This document shows, one piece after another, positions 1-13,326 of a stretch of DNA of 64,000 bases. The translations under genes and the position numbers were made by a program. Source of the stretch: Tubiluchus corallicola (lineage: Eukaryota; Animalia; Priapulida); contig JAQGDQ010000933.1 of NCBI GenBank assembly GCA_030141605.1, positions 15,354 through 79,353 on the forward strand. The letters are read 5' to 3'. Numbering within the stretch: position 1 is the first letter of the stretch; every line of letters starts with the position of its first letter. Under the pieces are notes generated by a model. That model was not told where the DNA came from and made no database searches. It saw only the letters and a program-made list of their open reading frames with translations.

Positions 1-1016
1 ACAATAAAACCACTCTTTGTTAATTATTTCAGCTTCCCTAAACCGATCCCACAGGGCAGGACGCTTCTACTACAGATTTTACTTAAAGTATTTTTTCTAA
101 CAATTTTGCTGGAAAGATTTTAGATGTTTTGTTTCCTCTCCTTATTAGTAAACTGTTTCACATTTTAGGTCTTACCGAATTTGCAACGTAATTATTACTT
201 GAGGTAGTAATTTTTCTGTCATGTGTAAGTATTGCGTAGTTCTCAAAAACATGGTAGCTGCGGAACGTTGAAGTGTGATATATGTGATGTATGTACAATT
301 ATGTGGTAATTGAACTGCATAGGAGTGATCTCGCTCTATAATAGGTGTCATGCTGTTATAATGGTTAACACAATTATAATGGTTATCGCAACAGCACAGT
401 TAGCATTCCAAGTCTTACTAATCAGCAGTATAAAAATTATTTATTTAAACTAAAACTGATATCTAGCTGATTAATTAATTTGTCCTTGGCTTCAAATCGT
501 AATTATATAGTTAGGTATCAATTGGCCTGCAACTACCTCAATTTTTGCTGTTTCCATAATTTAATTGTCTCTTTGCGTGGTCACTGGAACGCCCGCTTTT
601 AATCCTTGGGACATTCTCTGCCTCTGCTAACCTTTTCACTAATCCTCTCCCTATACCGACATAACAATATAGCTATAACAAGGGCTACCCCTATACCAAC
701 ATACCCCACACTGTCAACTTGGACATTTGTTAACTGCTGTCTAAGCCTATTTTAGCTGACATTTTTAATTGGTAGAGCAGACATATTTTTGAAGCTGTTG
801 TTAAATTTTAGATGGAGGCCATAATTTTAAAACATTTTGACATCTATTTCACCTGTAATTTCACAATACTAGCATGTAAAAAGCACAAAAATTCTATATT
901 TTATGTAGTCATTTAAGTAATATTACCTAAGGTACTGGTACTGAATGAGTTAATAGCCAGCAGATTAAACAAGCACAGCTATAAAAATTGTTATTACACT
1001 GTTTGAAATCACGCAT

Positions 1017-1375
1017 TTCGCCTGTCTACTTCTTCGCCAGTCCTCTTTTTTGCCAGTTAACTTTTTGCCAGCCCACTTTTTTGCCAGTCCACTTTTTCGC
1101 CAGTCCACTTTTTCGCCACTCCTCTTTTTCACCAGTCCACTTTTTCGCCAGTCTACCTTTTCGTCAGCCTACTTTTTCGTCAGCCTACTTTTTCGTCAGC
1201 CTACTTTTTCGTCAGCCTACTTTTTCGTCAGCCTACTTTTTCGTCAGGCTACTTTTTCGTCAGCCTACTTTTTCGCCAGTCCTCTTTTACGCCAGTTCAC
1301 TTCTCGCCAGTCTACTTTATCGGCAGTCCACTTTTTTTGCCAGTTTACTTTTTCGCCAGTCCTCTTTTTCGCCAC
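1017..1375. repeat. Minisatellite, ~18-19 bp unit (consensus ~TCGCCAGTCCACTTTTTT / TCGTCAGCCTACTTTTT)
   Basis: About 19 tandem copies visible directly; the ORFs at 988 and 1050 are repetitive translations of it. Confidence 0.95.
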
Positions 1376-3338
1376 TCCACATGATTATGAATGAAAATTT
1401 AACTTACCTCTATGAATAGATAACCATTGATATATTACATATCGTCACTGTATCATTTAAACGCCTTGTGAGTGGAAGATATAACTCGTACAGAGACGTG
1501 CCATGTACAATTGGATTTGCCGTGAAACGGATAATCTGATGCACTGCGCCGAAGTCCTGTTTTGTTAAGCCAGAAATTTTTACAACTTTTCCAATTTCGG
1601 AGGTTTGATGAGATATTTAAAATTTCAACTAGGTTTAGCTTTAGGAACAAGTGTCTCCACTCATATTAAGATTTTGGAACTATACTCAGTTATGTAGTAA
1701 TTTGACAAACTTTAAAAACTATTATTTCCACTCCACAAATTTAGCAAGTTTAACCAGCAATGTGAAATGATAAATAGTTGTCGCGCATAGAACTGTGACA
1801 GTTTTTCATTTTAGGAAATTGTATTCGTAAAATTAAAAAATTTGTATATTTATGCACATGTCGCTCTATGTTAACTAATGCTTTTAAAATTTACCTTACA
1901 TATATGGATTTTTCTAAAAGCTGCTACATTGCAAAACACCATTTGCTCTAAAAAACAGTAACACCTGTTTGCATTGTTTATTCGGCATTGTGACATGGAT
2001 GAACACTTTACTTCTTTGTGTTAAGCTGTGAAAAAGTAATTTATCAGATTTCAGAATTCTTAAGTAAACTAGTCACACCCTGTTTACTGTTTAAATACTG
2101 GAAAGAATGAGCTGAACAGAGAATATTATCAATAGTCTGCAGACGATTTTTTGTTCAGTTAAACTGCCACCCTGGAACTCACAGGGAAAGAGTGAAGAAG
2201 AGACGCTTAGCAAATAGAGACAAGAATGTCGATAGATTGCAGAAGCTTTTGTTTAGCTTATCTCGGGAACCAGTGAATGCTAAGAAGAGATGAAAAGCAA
2301 ATGCAGACAAGAATGTTAGGAACATCGATAGATTAAAATAAATTAAATGGATTCATAATTTTTCTTACTGGACAAATGCACTATTGTGGAGCTTGTAAAA
2401 GAATACTCTACGAAGATTTTGCTCTTACAAAAATGGCAGGGCTAAAAATACAAAAACTGTTTGTTCCTGAAAGCTTGAAATAGGTACTCGTGGTGCACTG
2501 TAATTATTCGTTTACTTGGACAAGCAAAAATTTGAAAAATTAAGTTTATTTTAGCACCCCCAAAAAAACTAAGTTTTAACAGCTGTGTACATATGTTCTA
2601 AATTTTGCCAAACTGACTTTTTGCACTTTGCAATAGCTGACACTATGTGAGCAGCTAGAATTTAGTCACTTGCACAGTTCAGTGGCTCGTCTCACGGGTA
2701 AGAACAAAACCTTATGTGCTAAACTTTCATGCCTTCAATTTCAATGAAATATAGAAAAGTAACGATCAATATGCAACTAAATTATATAATGAAATAAGTT
2801 CTGTTGCTTTCTTCATTTTCAGTGTTTGTATATTTTTTTTTGCAAACCAACGGTTAAACGAATTGCTTCAATGCCACTCTTTAGCTCAGGCTATTATTAA
2901 CACGCCAAGGTAATTTTTCTTGCACCTGGGCGTGCATTCACAGAAAGTAACAGCAACCACGGTAGCTAGCGTTGAGCAGTTTTTTAAGCAGATTTGATGT
3001 TTCAGTTGCATAATATCCTTTCTGAAATCCTTATTAGCGATGGAATGCAAGCTCTTACATTTTACACTCATGGCAATGAAATTATTTTGAATGATAATTC
3101 ATCTGACATTGAAGAATATAAAGTCTGTTTAACTATAATTAGTATGCGTTTATTTGTGTTATGCTAAAAAAATTGCGATACAATAAAATTGCGATTTTTT
3201 TTCAGTTGAAATTAACTTACAGCTTGAGCAGACTAGCAGCTACAGTTGTCGGAAAGATGCTGACGGTAACCAGTTAGATGCGTGTTAGATGCTGATACAT
3301 TAATTAATGTAGAAAAATGCATCACAGGCATGATGTAC

Positions 3339-3688
3339 TGTTGTGGAGATCGCTGGCATCTATTAGAATTACATAGAATGTTGTATAATGTTCTGTTAGA
3401 ATGATCGTCTTACCGTGTGGAACGTTCTGGAACAAAACTTCTGGAAGCTTCTTGGGCACGCTATATAAGGAGAAGCAGGCTGCTGAGACTAGAGCACTTA
3501 CACATTCTCTTGTATACTTACATTTTCAGATACACTTAAACGTTTTCCAGATTTTCACATTTACTGTAAACATTTCGCATTCCTTCATATTTTTGTGTTG
3601 TAGAATACTCGCTTAATAAACTAATTTAACTTGAGGGCGTGTTTTCTGGTTTTCTCTACGAGCCTTTCGAGAGAAACAAAATACAACA
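3339..3688 (+). mobile_element. Probable solo LTR (350 bp)
   Basis: Begins TGTTGT and ends ACAACA (inverted ends). Flanked by near-identical 5-bp TGTAC/TGTGC (candidate TSD). Internal TATA-like CTATATAAGG at ~3461 and AATAAA at ~3615. Confidence 0.65.
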
Positions 3689-5072
3689 TGTGCCTATGTT
3701 CAAAGTCAAGAGACTTAATATTTCTCGCTCCTTGAAATTAATTTATAATTAATAGGTGCTGTTTTGAAAGTTTGTGTTTATAAAAAATGAAATCAATTTA
3801 CCTATTTATTCGTCAATAGTTGTAATGTCATTTTGTTTAGTTTACTTTACTTATCACGACCCTTTTTCTCGATAGATTGATCATATAGTTTATCTAGCCG
3901 TATCGAGTGATCACGAATTAATCGTATATATTTATAGATTGTGTATTTTGTGCAGATTATATAGATTCGCTTCCCGTTCACAATGAGGTGATTGTTCGCT
4001 TTTCAGTCACCTGACTCCGAGGGCTTTAGTTCAGTCTATCAGGCAATGATGCTGTCCTTCAAGACTTTCACATCGACCTTGCGTTGTGAGTGGAGGTCAT
4101 CTTCCCTCAAGTTATCGAGCGTTGCTCCCGCAATTGAGCTTTCTTTAGTACAATGCGAATCTCTCAAGTTCGTATCTAGGATTTAGTGTTGCTTTACTGT
4201 GAACGCTCTTAATCATACAAGAACTCGTTGTCTGTGTTACTACAGTGAACAGACTTTATTAGATTACAAATTACACGTTATCTACTAGCTTTTCTTTACA
4301 TGATTTGTCCTTATATGCCAGTGGGCGCTTACAACTAGAGTATAGCTCCTAAGAAGATGCTATTCACTTTAATAATAACAGTTCGATATGCTGCACTGAA
4401 GGTGCTTAGTACAATGTGAATGCTACAGTTATACAGATTTAGACTCAGATACAAATAAGTTGAAGTCACTTAACTTGTGGATTGACCAATGTACCCTTAC
4501 ACTTGGTCAAACCCTGATAGCTTATCGAGACCACGTCGCACCAGTGCTCAGTATTGGCTAAGAATGCAAAATCCAATCCACACTGGGCTAAAACGCTGCT
4601 TCTGTCTTCTAAAAGTTTGTCCCGGACACACAATGTGGTAGCAAGCCACTTGTCAGACTCCCTCGCTCGGTTGGTATGTGACACTCGTGTCGTGTCGCCC
4701 CGTAGTGTGCTTTTCGAGTCGCACACCGTCGTATGTAATTATCTAGTCTCTTACCAGAGTTTATATTTCTGAGAGCTGACCTTCGACGATATTGCACCAT
4801 ATGGCAACATCTGCAGCATCTGCTACCTCCCGTCATTGAGAAAGAGATTTTACAATCGGTAATGACTTCTCTTGAATTCCATCATCTTTTGAGATATTCC
4901 TACCGTTGTCGGCAAATTTTCAGATTTCTCTCTCTAATGTCGCTGAGCACTGATAGAGACCTTGGTGACGGTCATAAAGTCACTTCTACGCGACATCTAA
5001 ATCGCTCTAGAACCTCTCTTAATTAGTTCTAACTCTGAATGTATCCATTTGAGACAATAGTGTCTTTCTTAA

Positions 5073-6730
5073 CCTTTATCTTACCAATGTTCCATAAATG
5101 GAACATACTTTTTATGGCGCCATCGCAGCTTACATGCTTAATTTATCGAGGCAATTCTACCTCTATCGTGATGTCCTGACATGTCTGTTACTTTGTTGGG
5201 AAACTGAACTTTTTATATTGAGATTCAAATTTTTCATGGTTGCCCAACTAAGGCCTAAAAATACGAAATTTGACCGCGCAATTTCAAATTGGCCAGAAAA
5301 AGTGCAGAGTGAACTTCAGTGGAAATTGGCTGCACTGCCTAAAAGCTTACACTCCAAGGTATTGATTGGCAATATAACAGATCGTACATTCGGTTGCTAA
5401 GTACTAAAAAAATACTGTAATATTTTGATGTTCCATTTATGGAACATTGGTAGGATCAGCATGTTTTAGGTTGCAGTGTGCAGTGGAGCGTGGCTCCCCA
5501 CAGTCATGCTTACAGTGTGCAGTAGACAGTGTGCAGCTTATTGCCAAGTAGCGTAGAGCTCACTGCCATTGTTCTTGATACTTTCCTAACAAGTTGAGTG
5601 AAACACAACATTTTGTGGATACCAGCGTTACCAAAACACTGGAACAGAGTGAACACCCAGTCAACGTGGTCCTGCTTCCTCCCGCCGCAGGAGACGAAGC
5701 TGATCAAAACAGTGATTTGGAGGACAGCCAAGAAGATGTTGACTTCGAGCCAGCGGGAGAGATGAAAGTGGAGGAGGAAGCGGATGACGATGTAGTCGAG
5801 AATGAAGAACCACCAAGTAAATCCGCCCGTCGTGGAGAATGAAGACAACTTCCAAATTGGAGAAAGAAAACTGACTTCGACAAGATATTACCCACTGCTG
5901 ATATCTCGTTGTCTGATGAACTGAATGCATTGGAAGGCGAGACTCCATACGAGTTTTGGAGAGAAATCTTTTCCGACAATTCGATGAATGATGTTGTTGA
6001 GCAGACACTACTCTACGCACGTCGGGATAAAAACAAGCCCAATCACAAAGTCAGAAGTACGACGGTCCATCGGATGTCTAGTTGTGTCAGGTTACCATAG
6101 TCTTCCTGAAGGTCACCACTACTGGTCAACACAGCCTGATTTGGGAGTTCCAGTCATTTCCAACGCAATGAGCAGAAACAGGTTTCAGGAAATAAAAAGG
6201 TACATTCACTTCGCCGATAATCAGAACCTTGCTCGTGGAAATAAGTTCGCAAAAGTAATGCCGTTATATGACGTTCTCAATGCCAACATTGTTCGGTTTG
6301 GTGTGTTCCACAATCTTTTGAGCATAGACAAAAGCATGGTGCCTTATTTTAGGCGACACGGGGGCAAGATGTACATAAAAGGAAAGCCCATCAGATTTGG
6401 GTACAAAATATGGTGTTTCTGCGGTGCTGACGGCTACCCATATGCAATGCGACTGTACCAAGGGAAGGAAGAGGGTGCAGACCTTGACATCCCGTTAGGA
6501 ACTCGAGTTGTACAGAATATGGTGAAGGTTATTTCGGAAAACTCGGACGTTCGCCGCCACGAACTGTTCTTTGATAATTTTTTTACTTCGTATGATCTGT
6601 TGAGTGATTTGTCTGCGGCAAACTTGAAAGCAACAGGAACTGTCCGAGAAAACAGAACACGTGGTGCTTCGAAATCTATGATTTCCAAGAAAGAACTTGC
6701 CAAGAAGGATAGGGGCACATTTGATTACAG
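5073..6730 (+). mobile_element. piggyBac (PGBD2/3-like) DNA transposon, 3'-truncated and disabled
   Basis: TTAA at 5069-5072 followed by TIR CCTTTATCTTACC. Transposase motifs MSRNRFQEIKRYIHFADN, SIDKSMVPY, KPIRFGYKIW and FFDNFFTS. In-frame TGA at 5840-5842 and an 8-bp deletion near 6042 relative to the second copy. Homology to copy 2 stops at 6730. Confidence 0.95.
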
Positions 6731-7152
6731 GTAGAGTTGCAAGAATGTTTGGACTCAAAATCTATACTCCATTCTCCAGACTTTGACAAACAATTTATTT
6801 TGACGACTGACGCAAGTTTAGTAGGCATAGGCGGGGTTCTAACACAAGTACATGACGACTTGGGAGAGGTACCCATTACATACTTGAGTCGAAAATTAAC
6901 CGAATGTGAGAGAAATTACAGTGTGTTCGAAATTGAACTTTTAGCTATAGTGTACTGTGTGGAGAAACTCAAGTATTATCTTGAAGATCGCAAATTTCGA
7001 GTTCGAACTGACCATCGCAGTATATCTGCCCTCGCTCATATTAAACGCAACAACCGTAGACTTTGTCGGTGGGCACTTATCTTGCAGTATTCACTGTTGA
7101 AAGTATCAAGGGAACAATGAATACAGTTGCTGATGCTTTATCTCGCCTTTAA
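6731..7152 (+). mobile_element. Ty3/Gypsy pol fragment (RT-RNase H)
   Basis: PDFDKQFILTTDASLVGIGGVLTQ...YLSRKLTECERNYSVFEIELLAIVYC...RTDH...RLCRWALILQ, followed by an out-of-frame NTVADALSR. Confidence 0.93.
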
Positions 7153-7292
7153 AGGCTAGCCATACATTTGGTCATCAGTAGCGCATGCGGTTTAGGAAAC
7201 TTGAACGTGTTTCATTTTTTCTTCACCCCTATTCAAGTTTACGTGGGGAAGGATGTTGTGTTAAGTGAAGCTTGAAAAGCTTCGACTTTGAA

Positions 7293-7362
7293 GGTCGGAA
7301 AATCATGCCCACACCTCCCTGCGGTCCCGACCGGGCAACTTCACTCGGAAGGCTAATATAGG
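7293..7362 (+). ncRNA. Candidate HDV-like (delta) self-cleaving ribozyme, possibly decayed
   Basis: P1 GGTCGG/CCGACC, P3 ACC/GGT, L3 TCCCTGC, P1.1 CC/GG, GGGCAAC junction, P4 CTTC/GAAG and J4/2 GCTAA, all in HDV order. P2 (CCCAC vs ATAGG) pairs poorly. Confidence 0.55.
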
Positions 7363-8935
7363 ACGTCACCCTCGACCGGGGGTGAATCTGAAACTGGAAG
7401 TGCAAAACGGGTAGTGCCACTTACGGCATAAGCTTGCTGGGTAACAAGCTTACAAAGGTTGCAGACTGGCCGGAGGTTGGGAGGGCAATCCCCCAGTCTG
7501 AGGTGCAAGTCGTGCTCCTACCCGTCACAGGGTGCCAACCGACCATACCTCAGGGCGGCCCGGCTCCCAGTCGGGCGGAGGAAAAGAAACTGTCCAGCTG
7601 CTGGGTCTCGGCATAAGACCCCTCCACGAGGGGCTAACAACCCCAAATGGTAGAACTAATAATCTGTTACAGAAAATAATAATGATATAGCCGGCTTGGT
7701 TTTGGGACACGGCGAGGTTGCGCGAGAAACCTCGACGGCGACAAATTGTACGTTAAAGACCTAAGGCGTCCATGGTGATGCGCTACTAATAATTGATCGA
7801 CTTATTTTCTATTAATGTATTTTTGATGACAATGTTTCGCTATTATTGGTATGTCATTGATTGCCATTATTGTTAATATTTTTAGCCTTGTGATTTTTGT
7901 TGCCATTGATTTTTTTTGTAACATTAGATGAAAGCACTTTACAGGCTTGAGTAACCAGAGGCCCTGCCTGGCCAGGTATTGTTTCGTGGTCTATCTGGTT
8001 TCTAGCTCAAGGTAAAAAAGCAAATTTTGTTGATAGCATGTTACCAGTTTTGAACATGTGTGTATGCCTCGAAACTGAAAGCCACCTCATGGGCAATTTG
8101 GTTATTGGTTAGAGAACCTTTGGAAAGAAAGTTTATTCACGTAATTTCTGATTGTGTTTCTTGATGGTAATACCAGTGGAAGCCATCCAGGATAGAACAT
8201 CAACTTGACTTCGGACTATGTTAAAGGTCCCGTGACAGTAGGAATTATTTCTCACATTCCAGTAGATGGAGTGTCCCTATTGCTTGGCATGTTGTTGTTT
8301 CCCGTACAGAATGCTTGTCATTAAACTCTTCCTCTTATGGAGACTGAGTTCCAGTTTGGTTGCTTGAGGTCATTATCCAGCGCAGTACCGTCTATAGGAG
8401 TCAGTTATCATTTGTTGGAGACATAGGAGACGAAGGTTTTGGCAGACCTGTCCTGGAAGCCATATTGAATACGTGGTAGGAAACGTGGTACGATATTCGG
8501 GTGAATACGCGTATGAGCATTGATGACGGTATCCATGGACAGGTATGCTGGGCCCAGCCATCGTAAAGTTGAGTAAAAAAAATGTTAAATTTCATTGGGT
8601 TTATCCAGTTGATTTTTTGAAACATTCGAATTGACTATGTGAAACATTTCTATATTGTCACTTTATCTATTATTGCGTTTCAAAGTGTTTGTTTCTGAGA
8701 GAATCGAAAATAATTAAATATCTTCTTTATTATTGCTAATATTAAAAATCCTGTTGTTTGGGTAATTGTATTCCTAGAGAATTAAGGTAAAAACCTAAAG
8801 CATTGTTCACACTGTCATACACGGACTCATGTGCTAATTTTTACTATATTTTGGTCAATCAAGGTATAACTCGGGACAGCGGGACTGCTTGGCAAAACAT
8901 CCTAACAACAATTTAACATTTTCTTAGACACGCTG

Positions 8936-8995
8936 TCACATACATATACATAAACATATACATATACCTACATATACGTATACATATATATCATA
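8936..8995. repeat. (TACA/TA)n microsatellite
   Basis: Direct reading. Confidence 0.8.
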
Positions 8996-9464
8996 TTTCA
9001 TATTTATTAGTGTCAAATGTACATACAAAAAAACAAGACATACAAGCAATTTATATGTTGAAATATAGTGACACTACAGACCAACAAAATAATTACTGAT
9101 AAAACGAATATTATTAAATCTTCATGTTAGTTATTTTAGTTATTTAAACGAAAGGTTTAATGATTAGTATTTAAAATAAATTGTCATTCAACAGGTCTCA
9201 AATTTTGTAAATTTGAAATTTGAATATATAATAAAAACTGTATAAATATCCCAACTCTAAATATTTTAAAGTACAAGAGAACCCACCATTTACATAAAAC
9301 TTAAAAAATTCGTCTAGAAATTTTATACAAATTACGGCCTTATTGTTTGCAGGGCTTGCGTCGGTAGTAACGCTGTATAAAACTTGTAAATTTAAACGCC
9401 TGGGATGACCGTTAAACGCAGACATTTTAATGGTGGGTCGTCTGAAACAAGCTTAGATATCGCT

Positions 9465-9725
9465 CGTGAAGTTTGAAAAAGTAATCAGAGCATTCGTAAG
9501 CATACACGTCATTAACTAAGCAAAATTTTAAATTACTTTATCTTGTCAATGAGATTAAAGATACGTTTTTGGATAGTGAGTGGTGCACCCTGGAGGACTA
9601 CATTTTACCAATTGTTGAAAACATTTTAAGTAATTAATAATTTTCTTTTCTAGTTACATAAGTCTTTCCAGCAGGTAAGCGAAATGCAAAGTAATATAGT
9701 TACAGATATTTTTGGGACATAGTCA
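9465..9725 (+). repeat. Dispersed repeat family copy 1 (probable non-autonomous element)
   Basis: Shares the AATCAGAGCATTCG...GTGGTGCACCCTGGAG...CAGGTAAGCGAAATGC blocks with 38085-38580, and the last two blocks with 11590-12010. Confidence 0.75.
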
Positions 9726-9954
9726 ATAAACTATTACTGTTGTTACTATTAAAGTAAAAACAATTTCAACACTCATGACATCAGCGACATTACAGTTTTA
9801 CAAGTGGTCTTGCCAGTTGTATAGCAAGCGCGTCTGCGTTAGGCGTTCGACCCAGCGGTAAACTAAACATTTTAGCGTGACACGTGAGCTTACAGTATGG
9901 AAAAGTAAAAATGTATTCTAAAAGCAACTTGGTTAAACACAGTATCCGGATAAA

Positions 9955-10528
9955 ATGGACGCCGATAAGAGAAAAATATCAAAAAACAACTATTTACTAT
10001 TAAGTTTTGCCACTGTTTTATTTATATGCATTTTATATTCTATAAGCAGTACAGAAAACCTTGTAAACTCAAGAGCACCTCGCGTTTATAGGAAAAAATA
10101 TTTTTCACATTTCATCGAAAGAAAAGACATTATATTATTCGTAGGTATTATGAGTGCCCCTGTTCGAAGAGACAGACGTGACGTCATTCGCGCATCGTGG
10201 AAAAAGTGGTGTGACGTTTTTGATGATGTCATCTGCTTATTTTTTACAGATGGACAGGACAGGTTTGGTAACAAACTAAATAAATCATTGTTAGAACCTT
10301 TGATGTATGAAAAGAAATTAAACAATGACACAATTTTGACAGAATCACCTAGTGGAATGAATTTTGGGAGGCGTTTGCTTTGGATGATGAGTTGGGCTTT
10401 ACAAAGATATCATTTCAAGTACTTTCTACGATTAGATGATGATACATTTTTGTGTCTGAAGAAATTAAGAGCTGTATTAGCTATTTTTCCCTACACCAGG
10501 ATCAACTGGGGAGCTTTGCATTGCAAGG
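9955..10528 (+). CDS. GT31 beta-1,3-galactosyltransferase-like gene, exon 1 (type II TM plus N-terminal catalytic half)
   Basis: N-terminal TM; LFVGIMSAP..RRDVIRASW (GT31 motif I); YFLRLDDDTF (DxD). Phase-1 GT donor at 10529. Confidence 0.85.
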
Positions 10529-11589
10529 GTTTGTATAAATTACTCTTATTCAGTTGGCCAGTATCCATGGAAGCAATAATCACATAAAAGATTTGATTTT
10601 CTAGAAATTAAGCACCTGATAAATGAAAACGATTGAGCAATCTTCTATCACGTATGATAGCATTTTTAAATCAAGATCAATAGCTTGTGGTATGCCTTAC
10701 ATCTAGTGCAAGATTTTTTCAAAGTTAACAAAACTCAGCAAACAAAACATTACTTACTTAGCAATAGGATATCACATTCGTACATTGTAATGAGATGCAC
10801 TATAGACGATTTGAAACGCTTTCAAGCGGCGTTTTATTGTTTAGTGTTTTTAATTAGTAATAGTAGCGGTTATAATAGGCTAGTAGAAGTAGCCAATTTG
10901 TGGGACTTAATTACAAGGCAATTGTTTTCTTTGTTTTAATGAGTAGATTATGTAGCATACTGATTGAATTTTTAGGTCTTTGAGCTCTTGAAAAGGTGCA
11001 AGTTTGTGCATGGCAAGGGTGATTCTACACAATGCTGTATGTACGATTTGATAACTGACTTTGTTAGCATTATGTTGTGCAACATTGTGATAATCTTACA
11101 ACCATCAGGGTTCATTACACTGAAAATGGTCCGTCTCTGAATTGCCCAAAAATGTATTTATTGCTTTTCACAAGCTGTTTTTTCTTCGTGCTATAAGTTT
11201 TCTCAAGCAATTTTTCAATCTAAGCTTGTTAATGCTGTTGCTAGGAAAAACAGTAACCATGGCAACAAATTTATGAGACTAACAGATTATATTATCAGCG
11301 ATACATAGCAAGGAAGACAGGTGGCATTAGGTGCTTTTAAAAAGGTCAGTAAAGACATTGTTGCAAACGCTAGCGCTGTGTGGGGCGGTCCTAAGATTTA
11401 ACTGCCCTAAAAGACTTTCTAGTGATTGTGGGAATCTTTCTGTTACATAACATCCTAATACAGAATTTTAGTAGCGAGTATTTGCTGACTTAGTCCAAAC
11501 ATTAGAAGAAAATGGTTTTGTATTTTCTGTTAGTAACTGGTTCACATAATAACTTTATCTAAATTAGGCTGAAATTTAATTACTGCATA

Positions 11590-12010
11590 TGGACTACTTC
11601 AATAAAATTAAAAATGCGTTTTCGGTTAGTTAGTGATGCACCCTGGAGGGTGGGTCAGCGACAATTTTTCAAATAGGTGAAAGCATTTTAAATAATTAAT
11701 AATATTCGTTTCTAAGTCCTACAAGCAGGTAAGCGAAAAGCCAAGTAATATAATTTTGCATGGAAAGTTTTTTGGGAAATAGTTTAATATGTACTTTTCT
11801 TCCCCTGATTTTCGCAAAACTTTTCTTCTACTGATTAACGTTTGCGTAAGTGACGTCATGTAATGGCGCCATCTGAACAGTGTCACGGGAAGTTGAAAAT
11901 GAAAACAAATAAAAAATCCTTTTAAACGAGTTTGATATATGCATAAATTGCTATAAAGTGATATAATTTCTTATAGCGATTTTTCTGAAACCCTCTTTTG
12001 GTTCCCCTCT
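11590..12010 (+). repeat. Dispersed repeat family copy 2 (intronic)
   Basis: Aligns by eye with 9550-9725 and 38160-38580. Confidence 0.7.
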
Positions 12011-13326
12011 TCTTATCCTTCGAAGAATGTTGCAATAAGTTTACTTCAAGCTATATAAATGTAGTGGCAAGCCAGTGAAAGGGTGGCTACATCACAAGGG
12101 GGCACATAATTTCATTAGCCCCATATTAACCCGTCCCTGAGAGAAACCTATAAGGCTCTGCAGAAAATGCAATTTCGAAACAGGACCACTTTTCTGCATT
12201 TCGAAAAAAAACTAAGTTGCATGTAAACGGAGAACAGCATAAGCAAAAATAAGCGTTTGCAAGTTCTGATTTTTCCACGTGCAAGTTGAATACAAACACT
12301 ATGGGTCTGTGTTAGAAGACCGAGTCACGAAGCTATTTCTTCTTGCTTCTAGCTAGTCTACCTGACTATGTCACTAGTTAAATTGCGATGTTGCATCAGA
12401 AGAGTTTAAAGCAAAACCGGGCACAATCTTAACCTGTTGGTCAAAACAATCTACTTTTTAAAATATGGAAAGGAAACATTCCGGAATGCCTTAGTGAAAG
12501 AATTTTTATCTCAAAAACGGAATTTCGAGTTCGAGCCATTAGTTCTTCGCTGTTAGTTACATTTACCTGCATTTCGGAAATACCTTGTAAAACATTTGCT
12601 GTGCCTCTCAGTTCAGATGTGTTAGTTTCTGACGTACTACACACTTTCGACAGCTCATGCGTGAGCACAGCAGTAAATTTGAAATTTTAATTATCTTAAA
12701 ACTTTAAAACTTGGAGAGTTTTATTACAACATTCTGAATCTTTTGCAGTAGTACTGTACTTCCATATTCGCTTTTGCAAATATATGCAGCACGCTCATGG
12801 AATATTTTTGCTGTTGAAAATTATGTTAGTTGACGATGTCATCAATATTTTTGCTCCCCTGCCTTTAATTAAGATTTTAGTCTATTATTTAATTATCAGC
12901 AACGCTTTTCCAGTATTACTGGTATTAAAATATATACGTTTTAGAGTACTTGAACATGGGCCAGTGTATGGAAAGCCATCTTGACTTCTTTTAAGTTAAA
13001 GCTAACAAATGACTATCTCACGTAGAATTCATAGAACAAGGTGATTTGACCGTAGCACATGCCATTATGGACGAGTAGGTTAAAGTTTCGCAGGCCAAAC
13101 TTAGCTGTTGGCAACTTGTAGGTTACTGGTCATCCTTAATGCATGAGAAATAGATCTCCTACGTCACCTAACTTAAACTCCTCTCTGAACAGCAATATTA
13201 AATATATATTATTGAAGTAATAAGATTAACAATAAAGCAAATACACTTACAGGTCTTTACAAAGGTACCTCTATTTATTGCAATTCTTATGAAAATGTAC
13301 AGAATCCTAATTACACTTCTTTGCAG

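Noticed and set aside
988-1419. 143-aa and 114-aa repetitive ORFs; CRISPR-like appearance
   Set aside because: These are translations of a head-to-tail minisatellite with no unique spacers, in a eukaryotic context.
5098-5400. 100-aa ORF repeated at 44986-45288
   Set aside because: It lies in the piggyBac 5' subterminal region; its conservation reflects recent copy identity and it has no recognisable domain.
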